DNA of 57,135 nt, counting the filler, from Sluysia triapertura (Eukaryota): the NCBI GenBank assembly GCA_046118255.1. It is 4 parts of 4 records of this genome, joined end to end, with 100 filler letters (N's around TTAATTAATTAA, not from the genome) between each part and the next. Parts side by side here need not be neighbours in the genome. Positions count along the whole stretch, not along the records: positions 45,442 to 57,135 come from JBJNIA010178918.1; 3 more parts are not named here. One strand, given 5' to 3'. Positions 53,516 through 57,135 of the stretch are shown piece after piece (the stretch's first letter is position 1; each line of letters opens with the position of its first letter). The notes under the pieces are model-generated. The model searched no databases. It saw only the letters and a list, made by a program, of their open reading frames with translations, and was not told the origin of the DNA. The position numbers and the translations under genes are program-made.

Positions 53516-53720
53516 GTTAGAGATCAAACATTTCTCAGCAATAACGTCGTTAGAGATGAAGCAATTCTCAGAATTAACGTCGATAGAGATGAGACGTTGT
53601 TAGAGATGAAGCATTTCTCAAAAATAACGTCGATATAGATGAAAAATTTCTTAGAATTAATGTTGAGAGAGATGAAATATTTCTCTGCGATTATGTTTTT
53701 ACAGACGAAACTTTTCTCAT
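53516..53720. repeat. 33-bp minisatellite, about 6 copies, one truncated
   Basis: Unit resembles gttagagatgaagcatttctcaraawtaacgtc. Confidence 0.85.
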
Positions 53721-55000
53721 AATGGAATTCGTGAAGGGTTCAAGGCTAATTCATAACATTTTTAGAGATATTAGTAATTTTGAAAATTGTTCTCAACCAG
53801 TTAGACTAATGCTTTCTAAAACTGTTCATTACATTTGTTATACATTAAATAATCAAGTTATACGTAGTAAATTGTTTAATTTGCAAGATGACTTAAGACA
53901 TTGAGTTAATTTAAAATATTATAATGAACGTTCTTAAAGTGTATTATTTACTGAATTTTCTTGTTTATTTTTTCAGATAAAGAGTTATAGAGTAAAATGT
54001 TTAAAGTCCGTTGCACATTTGACGACGATTGTGAGTCGTTCGTCACTAAGTACGTCGACTATACCGTCTTTAAACAATAAAACAAAAAGACTACTTAAAA
54101 TTTTAAATTTGAATTTACGTGAATTAAACGCTAAAAGGGTACATGCTTATGAAGTCTTGAAGGAAAAGACTTGTATATTTATGCAACAACTTTGAACGGT
54201 CAATGACGTCAGTTAGAGGATATTATATGATTGTTTTATTTAGAATTGTTTAAGTCATCAAGTTTTAGCATAGATGCTTTAGATAGTAACTATCTTATTT
54301 ATGAGACAGGTGGATTGCTCGAAGAATATATTGGAACCTTTATGTCGTGTTGCGCGAGACGTTGCCTATTTCCGAGTCATGACTTTTCAAATTGTACGTG
54401 GTCTTTTTTATTATCAAATGGACATTGTTTGTTATTTTATCTATCATTTTCGTTTTATTGCTGTTATTTTTACAATTCGCATAATATATGGAGATTTTTT
54501 ATATTTTTCATATTCAGTTTATATTATCAAAGACCTTAAGTCCACCTTTACAAAAATAAATTTTTAATAGTTTTTAAGTTTAATAATTCTTATTTTAAAT
54601 TAATGTTTCGTATCACGATTTATGAAGTACTAAACAATAAACAATTAAATAATAAAACATTAAATACAATAACATTAAATTCTTCTATCACCAAAATATT
54701 AAATTTATTTCATTTATTTAACGATAATTCTAAATGGCTGTCTTGAAAATCAGTTGTCTATACAGACTTTCACAAATATGTTATGATTATTAAAATAGAT
54801 ATTATCAAAAATGTTAGCGAACAAAAACTCAAAATTTATTTTAAAGGATAGAAAAATTTAAAATCATTTTAGTATTTTCTTTTAAATATGTTCATGAACG
54901 AATAATTTAGCAAAGGTCGTTGAAAATATTCGTTGTCAGAGCTAAACTTTTCTGAATTTAATGTCTTTCTGAATTCAAACTGTTTCATAGAAAATATTTA

Positions 55001-55710
55001 TGCAGTGGTCAACCTTCATAACCATTAAAGTTTTACTAGAAATTAATATATTTTCCTTTAACACTTTAACATCCACACATCTATTTCCTTTATACTCACA
55101 AAACAGTTTACCTACTAAAAACAATTCATACCTACAATTCCACAACATACAAATCACAATTACACCCAACATTACCAATTTACATTAACATATCCACCAA
55201 AAACATGTTACTTGAGACTCATAACAACCAAACAGCAACTACATTCGAATTTACCCACTTCATACATTCGAATCAATTACAACACCTCAAATACATCATT
55301 TCCATTACACAACCACTAAAAACACATAAGATAACAACATTCAAAAAAAACAAGAAAATAAACCACGTATAATAGTGTACAATAACCTTCAAAATATAAT
55401 AAGAGTAGTACTAGAATCTACCTTTTCACATTCATTAAATTACACTTCTCAAAACGTCTTTTAATCACGATTTTCCAATGCTCAAGTGTCCTTCTCAATC
55501 AAGAATTTAAACCATCATTTAAAATCTACTCTAACATTCTCAGTTTCACTAAACAACATAAAAACTATTAACAGAACTCCAAACGTCAATCACATATATA
55601 AATTCATGTAAACTAATCTTTGTCCAAAGACTTTAGCTTCAAATATATTTAAGCTCAATATAATATGTTTAGAATTCTAATGATTCAAAGAAAGATCGTT
55701 TTAATGAGAT
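55001..55710 (+). mobile_element. Module M7 (subfamily B), truncated before the TTA tract
   Basis: tgcagtggtcaacc at 55001; colinear with 18568-19165 (ccaatttaca, cataacaaccaaa, ttcgaatcaatta, ttctcaatcaagaa). Confidence 0.85.
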
Positions 55711-57135
55711 ATATTATATTTTTTAATTCTCAATTACTTGTAGAGAATGTGCTTAAAGAGAAAAGATGTAATATTACACTAATTCGAATGAATGAGGATG
55801 AATTTATGATTTTCTTAATTGATTTTCTGAAAGGCTGCGCTGTAATAAAGGAAATATTGTCATTCCGTTTAACATTTTGGTTACCGTGTATAGTAAAGAA
55901 AATTTAAATTATGTAGTACAATATAATGTTTTAGTATACGTTGTACATTGATTAGGTTATGCCACATCCTTTCATAATGAATCAATAATACCGTTTGGTA
56001 ATTATTTATTTTATTTTGCATTAAATATGAAGGGAGAAATAAATATTTGTAGTAATTCTGCCCATCATTTGACAAGTTATCTCATTCATTTCGACGATGA
56101 CAATATAACCATTGAATTCATATTCGTAATTATTGATCGATCTTATATAGATGTCCTAAAATTATTAGATATCAGTTTTTTGAATTACAAGACAAATATC
56201 ATCCGTAAGAAGTCTAAAAAAGATAAATTAAATAAAAGTGCTGTTTATGATGACATTATTAGTGATAGTTTTGCAAGCTCTGTAAGAACATTAGTAAAGG
56301 TGATGATTATATTTATAATATTTATGCAAAAATAATGTGCAATTTTTCCAAGTACGATTCAACAACTGCTTTTACACTATTGGAAATTTACTTTTTTACA
56401 AGTTAATATTAAAGTTAATCCAAATCAAACTGAGCATGTGGTTTGCGTCAACTTTACAAATTTTGCAGGATCCTGATAATGACAATAAAGCTAGTGACAA
56501 TGACACGACTTTATTATACTATTCAAATTTTCATCGGACACATGATATGTATTCTATTAGAACGGTTATCTGTCGGCCTTCCAAGCATCATAATGTAATT
56601 ATTTTTATTATTTATTCTACCTATAATTTGAATTTCCATTTTATTTTAGACAATCAATCAAGGGCAGGACTCAGTGACCAGCATAGAAATATAACATTAA
56701 AGTTCAAATTTTTAGTTATAAATAATAATAAATTTACATTTATGTGAGAATCTGAAGTGAATTTTATAATTGTGATAATTGTGATTTATGTGAACTATGT
56801 TATTTATAAATATTAATTAACGGTGAAGGTAATAAATTTGTAATTATATTATATTATAAAAAATTATTATAAATATTATGAATATTATATTAAAATTATA
56901 AAATACAAATTAATAAAAAAATTTTAAAAAAGAAAATAAAATATTAAATACTATAAAATTTTTTAATAAAATAAATTTAAGACCTAAATAATTAAATAAA
57001 CTTAATTTTAAAAAATTTAAATAATTTAAAAAAAAATTGAAATTTGTTTAAATGGAACAAATAACACGTCTAGAAACAAAATCGAGTATATAAGTAAAGT
57101 ACAATTTGTGGGTTGTACACAATATTCAATTTTGT

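Noticed and set aside
53516-53720. CRISPR array
   Set aside because: Head-to-tail units without unique spacers, eukaryotic context and no cas genes.
53978-54567. Coding-like segment after a tttttcag acceptor; similar segments at 31440-31870, 33480-34200, 39700-40300 and 55700-56750
   Set aside because: Probably more decayed gene fragments, but I could not recognise a family, so no call was made.

Overview
Very AT-rich eukaryotic (metazoan) genomic DNA with GT-AG introns, split by one N gap (5045-5230) and three 100-nt N gaps with a central TTAATTAATTAA linker, so adjacency across those gaps is unproven. Apparently intact host coding sequence is sparse: one exon of a SynGAP/DAB2IP-type RasGAP, two exons of ANKEF1 whose intron holds a pogo transposon with both TIRs, and an intronless class A GPCR. 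The rest is a graveyard of decayed mobile DNA (Ty3/gypsy gag, protease and integrase remnants, a Tc1-like remnant, a 68-bp hAT MITE) and of isolated, decayed fragments of unrelated host genes: NK1 homeobox, ZFP36/Tis11 CCCH, protein kinase, VWD, dynein heavy chain N-terminus, ankyrin, Clueless/CLUH, kelch, cathepsin propeptide and BTB. The main unexplained structure is a dispersed family of about 0.7-1.3 kb modules (7 clear copies and 3 short divergent ones). Each starts at a sharp TGTGGTGGYCAACC terminus and continues through a G-poor C/A-rich tract, a (TTA)n tract, and conserved TGTCA-N5-TGACA and ATTGG-N4-CCAAT palindromes. Each clear copy points into a different, co-oriented gene or gene-like fragment, which suggests a gene-capturing, promoter-carrying mobile element family. 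All homology calls come from manual translation and recalled family consensus; no database search was run.
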